DNA of 63,564 nt, the filler included, from Octopus bimaculoides (taxonomy: Eukaryota): the NCBI RefSeq assembly GCF_001194135.2. It is 8 parts of 8 records of this genome, joined end to end, with 100 filler letters (N's around TTAATTAATTAA, not from the genome) between each part and the next. Parts side by side here need not be neighbours in the genome. Positions count along the whole stretch, not along the records: positions 1 to 29,071 come from NC_069002.1; positions 29,172 to 38,124 come from NC_069010.1; positions 38,225 to 50,217 come from NC_068981.1; 5 more parts are not named here. The stretch is one strand, 5' to 3'. The translations under genes and the position numbers were made by a program. A model generated the notes under the pieces. The model made no database searches. It saw only the letters and a list, made by a program, of their open reading frames with translations, and had not been told where the DNA came from. Of this stretch, positions 26,990 to 39,080 are shown piece after piece. The number at the start of each line of letters is the position of its first letter. The first letter of the stretch is position 1.

Positions 26990-27280
26990 TTATATTTTGA
27001 ATTACATACATATGGTGATGCCAAAATCTTTTAAAGTGCTTAGGGTTTTTAAGTCTATGGGTCTTAATCCGGCCCCGATGAAGAAGAGTCATCAACCCTC
27101 TGTGGCTCTTGTTTGAGGGGTGGGGGTCATATTCAGTGCTCTCAGTGACACAGGATCTGCGTATCTAGTATCGGTCTTGTCAGTCATGTCTGCTTCCATG
27201 AGAAACAATATCTTGGAGGCGGAGGTGGATGACTGTTATGGACTATCCTGTCATCACCTTTGACAGGCAGTAAGCTATGC

Positions 27281-27537
27281 CAGGGGTTTTCAAACTTTTT
27301 GACTTGCGGACCCCTTTATATTGCGGGCTTTACCTTATGAAATTTATACATAAATATTTGCTTAAAATAACATATATTTTTACATTTATTTATTTAACAG
27401 TATTTAACAAATAGATTTATTGTCAATTAAAAGATTTCGATTAAAAACCATATATAAAATCAAATTGCCCATAAAAAGTATCTGCTGTCTACGGACCCCC
27501 TGTCTTGTCCTTGCGGACCACAGTTTGAAAACCCCTG
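27281..27537. mobile_element. hAT/Charlie-type MITE (257 bp)
   Basis: Perfect 16-bp TIR CAGGGGTTTTCAAACT. The 8-bp flanks agctatgc / agctatat match at 6/8 positions, consistent with a decayed TSD. Confidence 0.82.
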
Positions 27538-28294
27538 AGCTATATAATCCTCAATTAAGAACTAGTAAATTTAAGATCAAAGACATTACGGGTGTGACCA
27601 TTCCACCTTTTAGTATATGTAAGAGCCATGTCAAGGTGCGTGGCTTCGCGGTTAGGGTCATTCGACTCACGATCGTGAGGTCGTGAGTTCGATTCCCAGC
27701 GGCGCGTTGTGTCCTTGAGCAAGACTTATTTCACTTATTTGCTGCAGTCCACCCAGCAGGCAAAAATGAGTTCAGTTCCCGGCAACGCGTTGTCTCCTTG
27801 AGCAAGATTTTATTTCACGTTGCTCCATTTCACTCAGCTAGCAAAAAATAGTTGTACCTCTTCTTCAAAGGGGCCGGCCTTGTTACGAGCAGGCTATTCC
27901 GTTAACCAGAACAAGTGGAACCCTCGTCGTTGTAACTGACGGAGACCAAGTTATATATGTAAGGATACAAATGTTTCAAAGGGTGTCCTTCTTGTTTTTA
28001 TGACATTATGGTACATCATTTGAGCGAGATTTGGCTGCTATTTCTACCATATCGAGGGACCTCCGTTCTGGAACAGGATTTTGACGGTGATGATAATTTG
28101 TATTTTAACTCTTTTCTTTTTACTTGACAGATTTAGCAGAACAAATCGACTCCAGAGTTTATTTCAAAACCTGGTAATTTTTTTATGAGTCTTTTACCGA
28201 ACCTCTAAGTTACATGCACGTAAACAAACCGACACCGATTGTCAAGTGATGGTGGAGACAAATACAAAACATAATCACACGCACACACACACAC

Positions 28295-28332
<38 letters not shown>

Positions 28333-29071
28333 GCATGAAAACTCAAATGTACGTTCTTCACCAACTCTGACATCAAATTCCATAATGTCTATGAAATTTG
28401 TCGTATTAGAATGTTAAAAGAAAAAAATGTGATGACAAAGAAATAAACAATTATCTTATGAAGTTCGTTAGCTTACGGCTGTTTCTGAAATAAGATGCAG
28501 TGGATATATATCACCATCCTTTATCATCTTTTAACATCTGTTCATTTTCCATGCCGGCATGGGTTGGATGGTTTGACCAGAGATGAGAAGCTGGAGAGCT
28601 ACACTAGGTTCCAGTCTGATTTGTTTTGGTTTCTACTGCTGGATGCCCTTCCTGACGCCTACCACTTTAGTGTGTGGTGGGTGCTTTCAACGTGACACCG
28701 ACACGAATGCTTTTTAACTGTCACTACCCACACAACGGGCTTCCACAGATTCTGTTAACCAGATTCGCTCACAAGGTATTGGTCGGCCCAGAACTATACT
28801 AGAGTTCACTTGCTCAAAGTGCCGTGCAATGGAACCCGAAACCATGCGGTTGCAAAGCGAGCTTCTTAACTACACAGTCATGTCCGCTTTAATGAGAGAA
28901 TTTATTCAAAACAAAACACACACAAAAAAGAAAGAAATGCATAAAATAACTTATAGTGAAACTTGTTTGTATGATTTTATAAAATAAATCTTTGTTAAAT
29001 TTTATTTAAAGGCCTCCTGCAGCAACCCACGATTTCTTCACGGAACCCAGGGATTTATTGAAGCCTATTTC

Positions 29072-29171
29072 NNNNNNNNNNNNNNNNNNNNNNNNNNNNN
29101 NNNNNNNNNNNNNNNTTAATTAATTAANNNNNNNNNNNNNNNNNNNNNNNNNNNNNNNNNNNNNNNNNNNN
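29072..29171. other. Artificial scaffold spacer (44N-TTAATTAATTAA-44N)
   Basis: Linker at 29116-29127. Confidence 0.95.
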
Positions 29172-29969
<798 letters not shown>

Positions 29970-30799
29970 AATAATAATAATAATAATAATAATAATAATN
30001 NNNNNNNNNNNNNNNNNNNNNNNNNNNNNNNNNNNNNNNNNNNNNNNNNNNNNNNNNNNNNNNNNNNNNNNNNNNNNNNNNNNNNNNNNNNNNNNNNNNN
30101 NNNNNNNNNNNNNNNNNNNNNNNNNNNNNNNNNNNNNNNNNNNNNNNNNNNNNNNNNNNNNNNNNNNNNNNNNNNNNNNNNNNNNNNNNNNNNNNNNNNN
30201 NNNNNNNNNNNNNNNNNNNNNNNNNNNNNNNNNNNNNNNNNNNNNNNNNNNNNNNNNNNNNNNNNNNNNNNNNNNNNNNNNNNNNNNNNNNNNNNNNNNN
30301 NNNNNNNNNNNNNNNNNNNNNNNNNNNNNNNNNNNNNNNNNNNNNNNNNNNNNNNNNNNNNNNNNNNNNNNNNNNNNNNNNNNNNNNNNNNNNNNNNNNN
30401 NNNNNNNNNNNNNNNNNNNNNNNNNNNNNNNNNNNNNNNNNNNNNNNNNNNNNNNNNNNNNNNNNNNNNNNNNNNNNNNNNNNNNNNNNNNNNNNNNNNN
30501 NNNNNNNNNNNNNNNNNNNNNNNNNNNNNNNNNNNNNNNNNNNNNNNNNNNNNNNNNNNNNNNNNNNNNNNNNNNNNNNNNNNNNNNNNNNNNNNNNNNN
30601 NNNNNNNNNNNNNNNNNNNNNNNNNNNNNNNNNNNNNNNNNNNNNNNNNNNNNNNNNNNNNNNNNNNNNNNNNNNNNNNNNNNNNNNNNNNNNNNNNNNN
30701 NNNNNNNNNNNNNNNNNNNNNNNNNNNNNNNNNNNNNNNNNNNNNNNNNNNNNNNNNNNNNNNNNNNNNNNNNNNNNNNNNNNNNNNNNNNNNNNNNNG

Positions 30800-31080
30800 A
30801 AATAGAGGGAGAGAGAAAGAGAGGGAAAGACAGAGAGAGAAAGAGAAATAGAGACAGATAGAGAGATAAATAAATAGAGAGAGAGAAAAAGAGAGATAAA
30901 GAGAAATAGAGGGAGAGAGAAAGAGAGGGAAAGACAGAGAGAGAAAGAGAAATAGAGACAGATAGAGAGACAAATAAATAGAGAGAGAGAAAAAGAGAGA
31001 TAAAGAGAAATAGAGGGAGAGAGAAAGAGAGGGAAAGACAGATAGATAGACAAATAAATAGAGAGAGAGAAAAAGAGAGA
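30800..31080. repeat. Purine-rich ~104-bp higher-order repeat
   Basis: aagagaaatagagacagatagagaga recurs at 30841 and 30945. Confidence 0.75.
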
Positions 31081-31152
31081 GAGTAAGTGAGTGCGTAAAT
31101 GAATAAAGCAGGCAGATCTAGTAGAATGATATTGGTTTAAGGGTTCACTTAC

Positions 31153-31347
31153 CTGATGGTGTCAGGGGCAATTTCTCCTCCTTTGGCTTGCAAACGGCCA
31201 TACAGGAGTCAACGGTAGGGAACCTGTTAGCGTTTCCCCCGCATCCTCCATAAACAAACCTCTCGCACAGTTTGGTGTCTTTGTTGTAGAAGTAGTGGGG
31301 CATATAGGCGTAACACAGGCCTGGTTCAGCGGGCATCTGGCAGAGAA
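31153..31347 (-). CDS. Multi-Kunitz protein, Kunitz exon D (P1=Tyr)
   Basis: Acceptor cccccatcaccAG, donor GTAAGT, 195 bp, phase 1-1. Encodes LCQMPAEPGLCYAYMPHYFYNKDTKLCERFVYGGCGGNANRFPTVDSCMAVCKPKEEKLPLTPS. Confidence 0.94.
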
Positions 31348-32461
31348 CTGGTGATGGGGGATAAATGAAAAAAGTAGTGAGTGAGAGCGAGTGTGATTGG
31401 CTTGATAACTGATGAGATGCCGGAACAGATTTCACCCCCGACATCCGAAACTCAGAGTTTTATTATGGCAACCGAATAATTTTCACATTATATTACAGAT
31501 AAATTCCTCTATTTACATAATATCGAAGTCTCAATCATTCTCTTGTTGTCATAATTTTAATATCACAGATCCCTATGGATCACACAGGTTGTAATCCTTT
31601 GAAACATATGTAGGAATAAAGTATGCAATTATAACATGCGTTTTCTCCAATCCTTAAATTCTTATATATATATATATATATATATGTAGTGCCCCTGGAC
31701 TGGCTCTTGTGCAGGTGGCACATAAAGTACACCATTTTGAGCATGGCCGTTGCCAGTACCGCCTGACTGGCCTTCGTGCGGGTGACATGTAAAAGCACCC
31801 ACTACACTCTCTGAGTGGTTGGCGTTAGGAAGGGCATCCAGCTGTAGAAACTNNNNNNNNNNNNNNNNNNNNNNNNNNNNNNNNNNNNNNNNNNNNNNNN
31901 NNNNNNNNNNNNNNNNNNNNNNNNNNNNNNNNNNNNNNNNNNNNNNNNNNNNNNNNNNNNNNNNNNNNNNNNNNNNNNNNNNNNNNNNNNNNNNNNNNNN
32001 NNNNNNNNNNNNNNNNNNNNNNNNNNNNNNNNNNNNNNNNNNNNNNNNNNNNNNNNNNNNNNNNNNNNNNNNNNNNNNNNNNNNNNNNNNNNNNNNNNNN
32101 NNNNNNNNNNNNNNNNNNNNNNNNNNNNNNNNNNNNNNNNNNNNNNNNNNNNNNNNNNNNNNNNNNNNNNNNNNNNNNNNNNNNNNNNNNNNNNNNNNNN
32201 NNNNNNNNNNNNNNNNNNNNNNNNNNNNNNNNNNNNNNNNNNNNNNNNNNNNNNNNNNNNNNNNNNNNNNNNNNNNNNNNNNNNNTATATATATAAAGCG
32301 ATCAAATAAGTACTGGGCTTAGAAAAATATAAGTCCTGGGGTTGATTTCTTCGACTAAAACTTTTTAAGGCTGTGCTCCAGCGTGACCACATTTAAAAGA
32401 CTGAAACAAACAAAGGAATAAAAGAATATGAGAAAAGAAAAAAATGAAGAAGAGGTCTTAC

Positions 32462-32635
32462 TTTTGGGGTCGCAGAGATATTTGCAAGCTTCTTTTGTTT
32501 TGAAAGAGTTGCGGTTACTTAAGCAGTACCCTGGTGGTGCCTTTTGGCAAGTACCACTTGTCATGTTATAGTACCACGATGGGCCGATGGCGTCACAAAG
32601 TACTGGTTTCTCAAGTAAAGAGCAAACATCCGTAG
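32462..32635 (-). CDS. Multi-Kunitz protein, divergent Kunitz exon C (P1=Asp)
   Basis: Acceptor ttccctaccatttcAG, donor GTAAGA, 174 bp, phase 1-1. Encodes TDVCSLLEKPVLCDAIGPSWYYNMTSGTCQKAPPGYCLSNRNSFKTKEACKYLCDPK, with six Cys at exact Kunitz spacing. Confidence 0.88.
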
Positions 32636-32688
32636 CTGAAATGGTAGGGAACACCGTTGGCTTTAGATAAATGATAACAGTAGCATTT

Positions 32689-32732
<44 letters not shown>

Positions 32733-33207
32733 ATATGTATATATGTATGCATGTGTGCGTGTGCATGTACGTGTATATGTGCATACGTATGTGTGTGTGT
32801 ATGTGCATGTGTGTACGTATATATGAATGCTTGCGTGCATGTGTGTGTGTATGTGCGTGTGTATGTGCATGTGTGTGTGTATGTGCGTGTGTATGTGCAT
32901 GTGTGTATGTAAATATGTATGCATACGTGCATGTGTGTATGTATGTGCATATATATGTATGCATGCATGTGTGTGCATACGCATGTGTATGTGTATGTGC
33001 ATGTGTGTACGTGAACTGGAGCAACATGAAATAAAGCGTCTGGCTCAAGAACACAACACACAGCCCGGTCCAGGAATCGAACTCACTACCTCATGATTAT
33101 GAGCCTGACACTGTAACCACTAACCCGTGCACCAACAACAAAATAACAACAAAACCAATATAACAAGAACCAAAGAAATTGGTAAATATAATCATCAGAA
33201 ATCTTAC

Positions 33208-33411
33208 GTTTCTCTTTCTTGATCGGAACCGTGGGTTTGCCAAGGAACGGTTGGCATGCCTTCTGGCAGGTTTCCAAAGTAGCAAATCGGTTGGCATTGC
33301 CTCCACATCCACCATAGGCAAATTCTTCACACTGTTTCGATGCCATATTAAAGAACCACTGCTTGCTGTAGGCATAACATGTCCCTGAATCTTGCTTCAG
33401 TTGGCATATTC
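33208..33411 (-). CDS. Multi-Kunitz protein, Kunitz exon B (P1=Tyr)
   Basis: Acceptor attctacAG, donor GTAAGA, 204 bp, phase 1-1. Encodes ICQLKQDSGTCYAYSKQWFFNMASKQCEEFAYGGCGGNANRFATLETCQKACQPFLGKPTVPIKKEK. Confidence 0.94.
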
Positions 33412-33772
33412 CTGTAGAATTACATAAGGGTCAAACATTGTACTGGGTGTGATTAGGGGTCAATGTAATCAACTAACTTTCTCATCCCTAGGGAGGCTCC
33501 TTAGAGTAACCCTTCCGCTAGAGGAAGTGCCATTTGGGTACCTCTTCCACCCAAGGGAGTGTTGTTAGGGAGTTGATATAACTGAATAAACTCGCCCATT
33601 CAAGGCAGAGTTATTAAGGTAAACCTTCAACCCAGGGGACTGTTTTTAGGGGTTGATATAATCAACTAACCCTCTCTCCCTGGAAAGGAATCCCGTTTTG
33701 GGTTCATGGAAAGGGTTCTTCCTGAAACCCAAGGGAGCGTCATTAGAGGGTTGATATGATTGACAAACAAAA

Positions 33773-34113
33773 GACAGATATATATTGGTTTATTTAGATG
33801 GTGTTTGGGACATAACACAAGACAAATATATATTGGGATATTTAGATGGTGTTTGGGACATCACAAAAGACAAATATATATTGGGATATTTAGATGGTGT
33901 TTGGGACATCACAAAAGATAAATATATATTGGGATATTTAGATGGTGTTTGGGACATCACAAAAGACAAATATATATTGGGATATTTAGATGGTGTTTGG
34001 GACATAACAAAAGACATATATTGGGATATTTAGATGGTGTTTGGGACATCACATATATTGGGATATTTACATGGTGTTTGGGACATAACAAGAGACAAAT
34101 ATATATTGGGATA
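33773..34113. repeat. 48-bp minisatellite, ~7 copies, in the Kunitz A-B intron
   Basis: Unit gacaaatatatattgggatatttagatggtgtttgggacatcacaaaa (e.g. starting at 33821 and 33869). Confidence 0.92.
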
Positions 34114-35178
34114 TCAAAATAGGATTTTAAACAATTCTTACATAAAATTACAAGAGTATGTTTTAATGTAAGCACGAAGATATCAAAACGTGTCATTTCT
34201 GTATCACTGAACAAGAGGCAAATGTAGATGTTTGGATATCAAAGTATGAAAGGGTTAAAAAGACACAAAAAAATCTTTCACAGTCAATATTTGTCATCAC
34301 ATCCATGGTTCATATTGCTAAACAGGGTTACGTTCAGTTGGATTAGAATAGGGGGAGGGGGTAATTAATGGATTATTGCAGGAGGATTATAAAACTGTTA
34401 GCACAAAATAGGATATCATATTTATGGGTGTTGCATTCATTATCCTATACAATAACAATATGTTATCACATTGCCATACACACAGACCAAAAAAAAAAAA
34501 AAAATGAGAAGGGATCGAATGTTTTAATAAGAGGGATATGGTTATATAACCAGAAGGGGCTGTATTAGATTTACATGGATGATATTAATCAGTTTTGTGA
34601 GATTAAATATATAAGGGTTATTAAAAGAAAATATCATTGCAAGGATCTCAAAGAAACCAAAGAAGAAAGAAATTGAAGTGCCAAGAGCATCTGACACTTC
34701 CACATCTTTTAAATATTATATTCCACCCAGTTAAGGGGTCTTATCCTGTGAGGACTTAATGACCTCACTAGGGCTGGTGCCATGAACAAACCATCCAGAA
34801 CACTATGCGAAGTGGGTCGGCATTAGAAAGGGCATCCGGCTGTAGAAACCATGCCAGAGCAGATGTGGCTGTTTGGCACAGCCTTCAGGCATGCATGTCC
34901 TTGTTGAAATGTCCAACCCATGCCAGCATGGAAAAAAGAGAAGTTCGATGATGATGACAATGATGATGATGGTGATGAGGAGGAGGAGGTGACTGGGTGG
35001 AATTAAAAAAGTTTTGATAAATTAATTTGGATTACCTTTGTAAATTACTTGCAAAAAATAATTAAAACTTCATATGTCGTTGCATGATGTATGCTATTAA
35101 TTTACAGTAAGGGAGTCAAAAACTGTTAGTATTGAGTAAGGAACACACACACACACACACACACAAACCAATATATAT

Positions 35179-35218
<40 letters not shown>

Positions 35219-36149
35219 CAATATATATACATACACACACANNNNNNNNNNNNNNNNNNNNNNNNNNNNNNNNNNNNNNNNNNNNNNNNNNNNNNNNNNN
35301 NNNNNNNNNNNNNNNNNNNNNNNNNNNNNNNNNNNNNNNNNNNNNNNNNNNNNNNNNNNNNNNNNNNNNNNNNNNNNNNNNNNNNNNNNNNNNNNNNNNN
35401 NNNNNNNNNNNNNNNNNNNNNNNNNNNNNNNNNNNNNNNNNNNNNNNNNNNNNNNNNNNNNNNNNNNNNNNNNNNNNNNNNNNNNNNNNNNNNNNNNNNN
35501 NNNNNNNNNNNNNNNNNNNNNNNNNNNNNNNNNNNNNNNNNNNNNNNNNNNNNNNNNNNNNNNNNNNNNNNNNNNNNNNNNNNNNNNNNNNNNNNNNNNN
35601 NNNNNNNNNNNNNNNNNNNNNNNNNNNNNNNNNNNNNNNNNNNNNNNNNNNNNNNNNNNNNNNNNNNNNNNNNNNNNNNNNNNNNNNNNNNNNNNNNNNN
35701 NNNNNNNNNNNNNNNNNNNNNNNNNNNNNNNNNNNNNNNNNNNNNNNNNNNNNNNNNNNNNNNNNNNNNNNNNNNNNNNNNNNNNNNNNNNNNNNNNNNN
35801 NNNNNNNNNNNNNNNNNNNNNNNNNNNNNNNNNNNNNNNNNNNNNNNNNNNNNNNNNNNNNNNNNNNNNNNNNNNNNNNNNNNNNNNNNNNNNNNNNNNN
35901 NNNNNNNNNNNNNNNNNNNNNNNNNNNNNNNNNNNNNNNNNNNNNNNNNNNNNNNNNNNNNNNNNNNNNNNNNNNNNNNNNNNNNNNNNNNNNNNNNNNN
36001 NNNNNNNNNNNNNNNNNNNNNNNNNNNNNNNNNNNNNNNNNNNNNNNNNNNNNNNNNNTGCAGACTTCGATTTCTGAAAGAAACAGACAGACACACAACC
36101 ACGCAGACACACAGGCATGGTGGCAGCGGTGGTTGTGGTGAAGCATGGT

Positions 36150-36880
36150 TGAATGAACGAGTGCGCAAATGAGTTTAATGAATGAATGAAGGATTGGAAA
36201 AAAGAGGAATGAATGAGTGAATTGTAGAAAGAAAAATGAATGAACAAAGGATTGGAAAAAAGCAAATGAATGAGTAAATGAATGAATGATTGAAGGATTG
36301 GAAAAAAAAAGGAATGAATGAATGAAGGATTGGAAAAAAGAGGAATGAATGAGTGAATTGTAGAATGAAAAATGAATGAACAAAGGATTGGAAAAAAGCA
36401 AATGAATGAGTAAATGAATGAATGATTGAAGTGTGTAAATGAATTTAATGAATGAATGAACGATTGAAAAAATGAATGAATGAATGTGTGAATGGTAGAA
36501 TGAAATATAAATGAATGAAAGATTGACAAAACAAATGGATAAGTGAATAGTAGATTGAAAAATGAATGAATGAGTGGATTAAAGACAAAATGACATGATG
36601 AATAAATAAGACAAGCAACAAATGAATGAGAGTAAAAAAATGAATGAGCGAATGTGTAAATGAAAGAATGTATGAATAGGTAAGAGAATGAAAGAATGAG
36701 TGAATGACTGAATGAGTAATGAAGGAAACGAAATGAATGAGTGAAGAATAGAATGATTGAATAAATGAAAGAATGGAAAAATTATTGAATGAATGTATGA
36801 GTGAATGAGTGAAAGAATGAAAATGAATGACAGAATGGAATAAGCAGTGAAGGAAATGACAACAGAATGAATAAGCCATT
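36150..36880. repeat. Degenerate (AATG)n array with an internal ~135-bp duplication
   Basis: aatgaatgaaggattggaaaaaagaggaatg... occurs at ~36184 and ~36318. Confidence 0.85.
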
Positions 36881-37709
36881 GAAAGCAAAAGCTGTAGCAA
36901 CAACAACAACAACAACAACAATAGCAGCAGCAGCAGCAGCAGCAGCAGCAAATGAACACATCACTCAGATATGCAAACGAGCTAATCCAGATTAGCTGTT
37001 GGTAATTAAACTAAGTAGTAGACTTAACTCTGTCTCATCCAGAGATGGACCCTCCTAAAGGTGATGGCATTAAGCCAAATGGCAAATAGGGTCCAGCACT
37101 CTAGGGATCTCTGATACAAGTACTGAGGGGTCAGGTGATGGCATTGAGCCAGGTCGTAGTTTAAGTCTTCCCCAGTAGGGGACATTCTTAGGGGATGGCG
37201 TAGGTTTTAATGCATCACCCAGTTTAACTCAGTTTAACGTCCCCCACCTGGCACCCAGTGCAGATTCCTGAGTTCAAATCTGGCTGAGGTCAGCTGAGTC
37301 CTTTCCTGTTTTTAGAGTCAATAAAATAAAGCCCTTTCCCGTCCAAAGCAGTGGGTAGAAGGAACTGTTAGAAAAAGGGACAGATGAGGTGGTCACTACT
37401 GTCCACTCTTAGTGTACTGGGTTAAAAATCCATGAAAGGATTCAAATCTCGTTGATGGTGGTCAGTGAAAATAATCCAACTAGGGGACCATAATCAATGA
37501 TGAAATCCACAATGGAAGATAGGGGCCATTTGGTTCTATTGTCATGTGAAGTCGACCAGCTACATCCACCAGCTGATCCCTAAAAACAAGGACAAGATGG
37601 TCATGGATGGAGCAGTCTTGACCTCAGCTAAATAACAACAACAAAGTTTAGAACATAATTTTAGGGAAACTGTGTGTGTCCGTGCATGCGTGTCCGTGAG
37701 CATACTGAC

Positions 37710-37919
37710 CTGTTGGATCATCTGGAGAAACGGTCGTGGTAGGAACTTCCGAGATGACACCGCATTTCTTGCGACATGCTTCAGCCGTGTGGAAGTTATT
37801 GGCATTACCGTTGCAGCCGCTGTAGCGGAACGGTATGCAGTCCTTCTGCACCTCGTCGTAGCGGTACCGTCGCAGCTTGGAGTTACACTGGCCATAGGCT
37901 TCTGGGAAGTTACACACGG
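37710..37919 (-). CDS. Multi-Kunitz (BPTI-type) protein, Kunitz exon A (P1=Asn)
   Basis: Acceptor ctctccacAG, donor GTCAGT, 210 bp, phase 1-1. Encodes VCNFPEAYGQCNSKLRRYRYDEVQKDCIPFRYSGCNGNANNFHTAEACRKKCGVISEVPTTTVSPDDPT with the canonical C-x8-C-x15-C-x7-C-x12-C-x3-C spacing. Confidence 0.93.
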
Positions 37920-38003
37920 CTGTGGAGAGGAGAGAGAAAAGAAAGAGAGAGAGTATAAGCGATGAGGGATGTAAGTTATGTATGGGAGTGTTGGTTATGA
38001 TTG

Positions 38004-38080
<77 letters not shown>

Positions 38081-38124
38081 GCAACATCACTGTAAGGTGA
38101 CGCTGGGAACGATCACGCTCAAAT

Positions 38125-38224
38125 NNNNNNNNNNNNNNNNNNNNNNNNNNNNNNNNNNNNNNNNNNNNTTAATTAATTAANNNNNNNNNNNNNNNNNNNN
38201 NNNNNNNNNNNNNNNNNNNNNNNN
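38125..38224. other. Artificial scaffold spacer
   Basis: Linker at 38169-38180. Confidence 0.95.
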
Positions 38225-39028
38225 CAGGATTGGGGATTATAAGTCGTATATTAGCGTGTGCATATGTAAATATATAAAAAGATAAAGAGAGCAATGGTAA
38301 GGTTGGAAATATATTTTATGGATAGAGTCTTACAGCTGTTTCTGGGAAGATCCAGTTCTTCCCTTCATCGGAGACAGAAATAGTAAAGGAATCGATTATT
38401 ATATCCATAGGCAGAGCGTTGCTCTCTTTATCTTTTTATATATTTACACACACACATATATATATATATATATCATTTACTTCTTTTAGTCATTGTTCAA
38501 CGGGCATGTTGGGGCACCGCCTTGCTGAATTTTAATCGAATGAATCTACTCCTTTATGTATTCTTTTAAAGCTATGGCTTACTGTATTGGTCTCTTTTGT
38601 CGAAACGCTACATTAGAGGGACGTAAATACGCTACCATTGGTTATCAAATAGGTGGTGGGGTACAGGTACGCGGACACACATTCACACACACACTCACAC
38701 ACACGTACTACATACACATACACACACACTCATATGTATATATATATATATATTGAGTTTCCGTCAATCAGATCCACTCACGGTTCTTTGATCGGCCCGA
38801 GATAATAGCAGGTGTCACGTAGTAGTGATGAGGGAAAAACGCAGACACAAAGACACACACATATAGATACATGCATATACATATATACGACAGGATTCTT
38901 TCAGTTTGCGCCTGCCAAATTCACTCACAAGGCTTTTGGTGGATCTGAGGCTTTAGTAGAAGACACTTGTTCTCATGCAGAAAGACTGAACCCTGAACCA
39001 TGTGGCTGGGAAGAAAGTTTCGTACCAC

Positions 39029-39080
<52 letters not shown>

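Noticed and set aside
29116-29127. Recurrent TTAATTAATTAA as a conserved motif or PacI-like site
   Set aside because: Always centred in exactly 88 N, so it is an artificial linker.
33455-34113. CRISPR-like repeat-spacer appearance
   Set aside because: Eukaryotic intron, no cas genes, and the repeats are degenerate or lack spacers (48-bp head-to-tail minisatellite).
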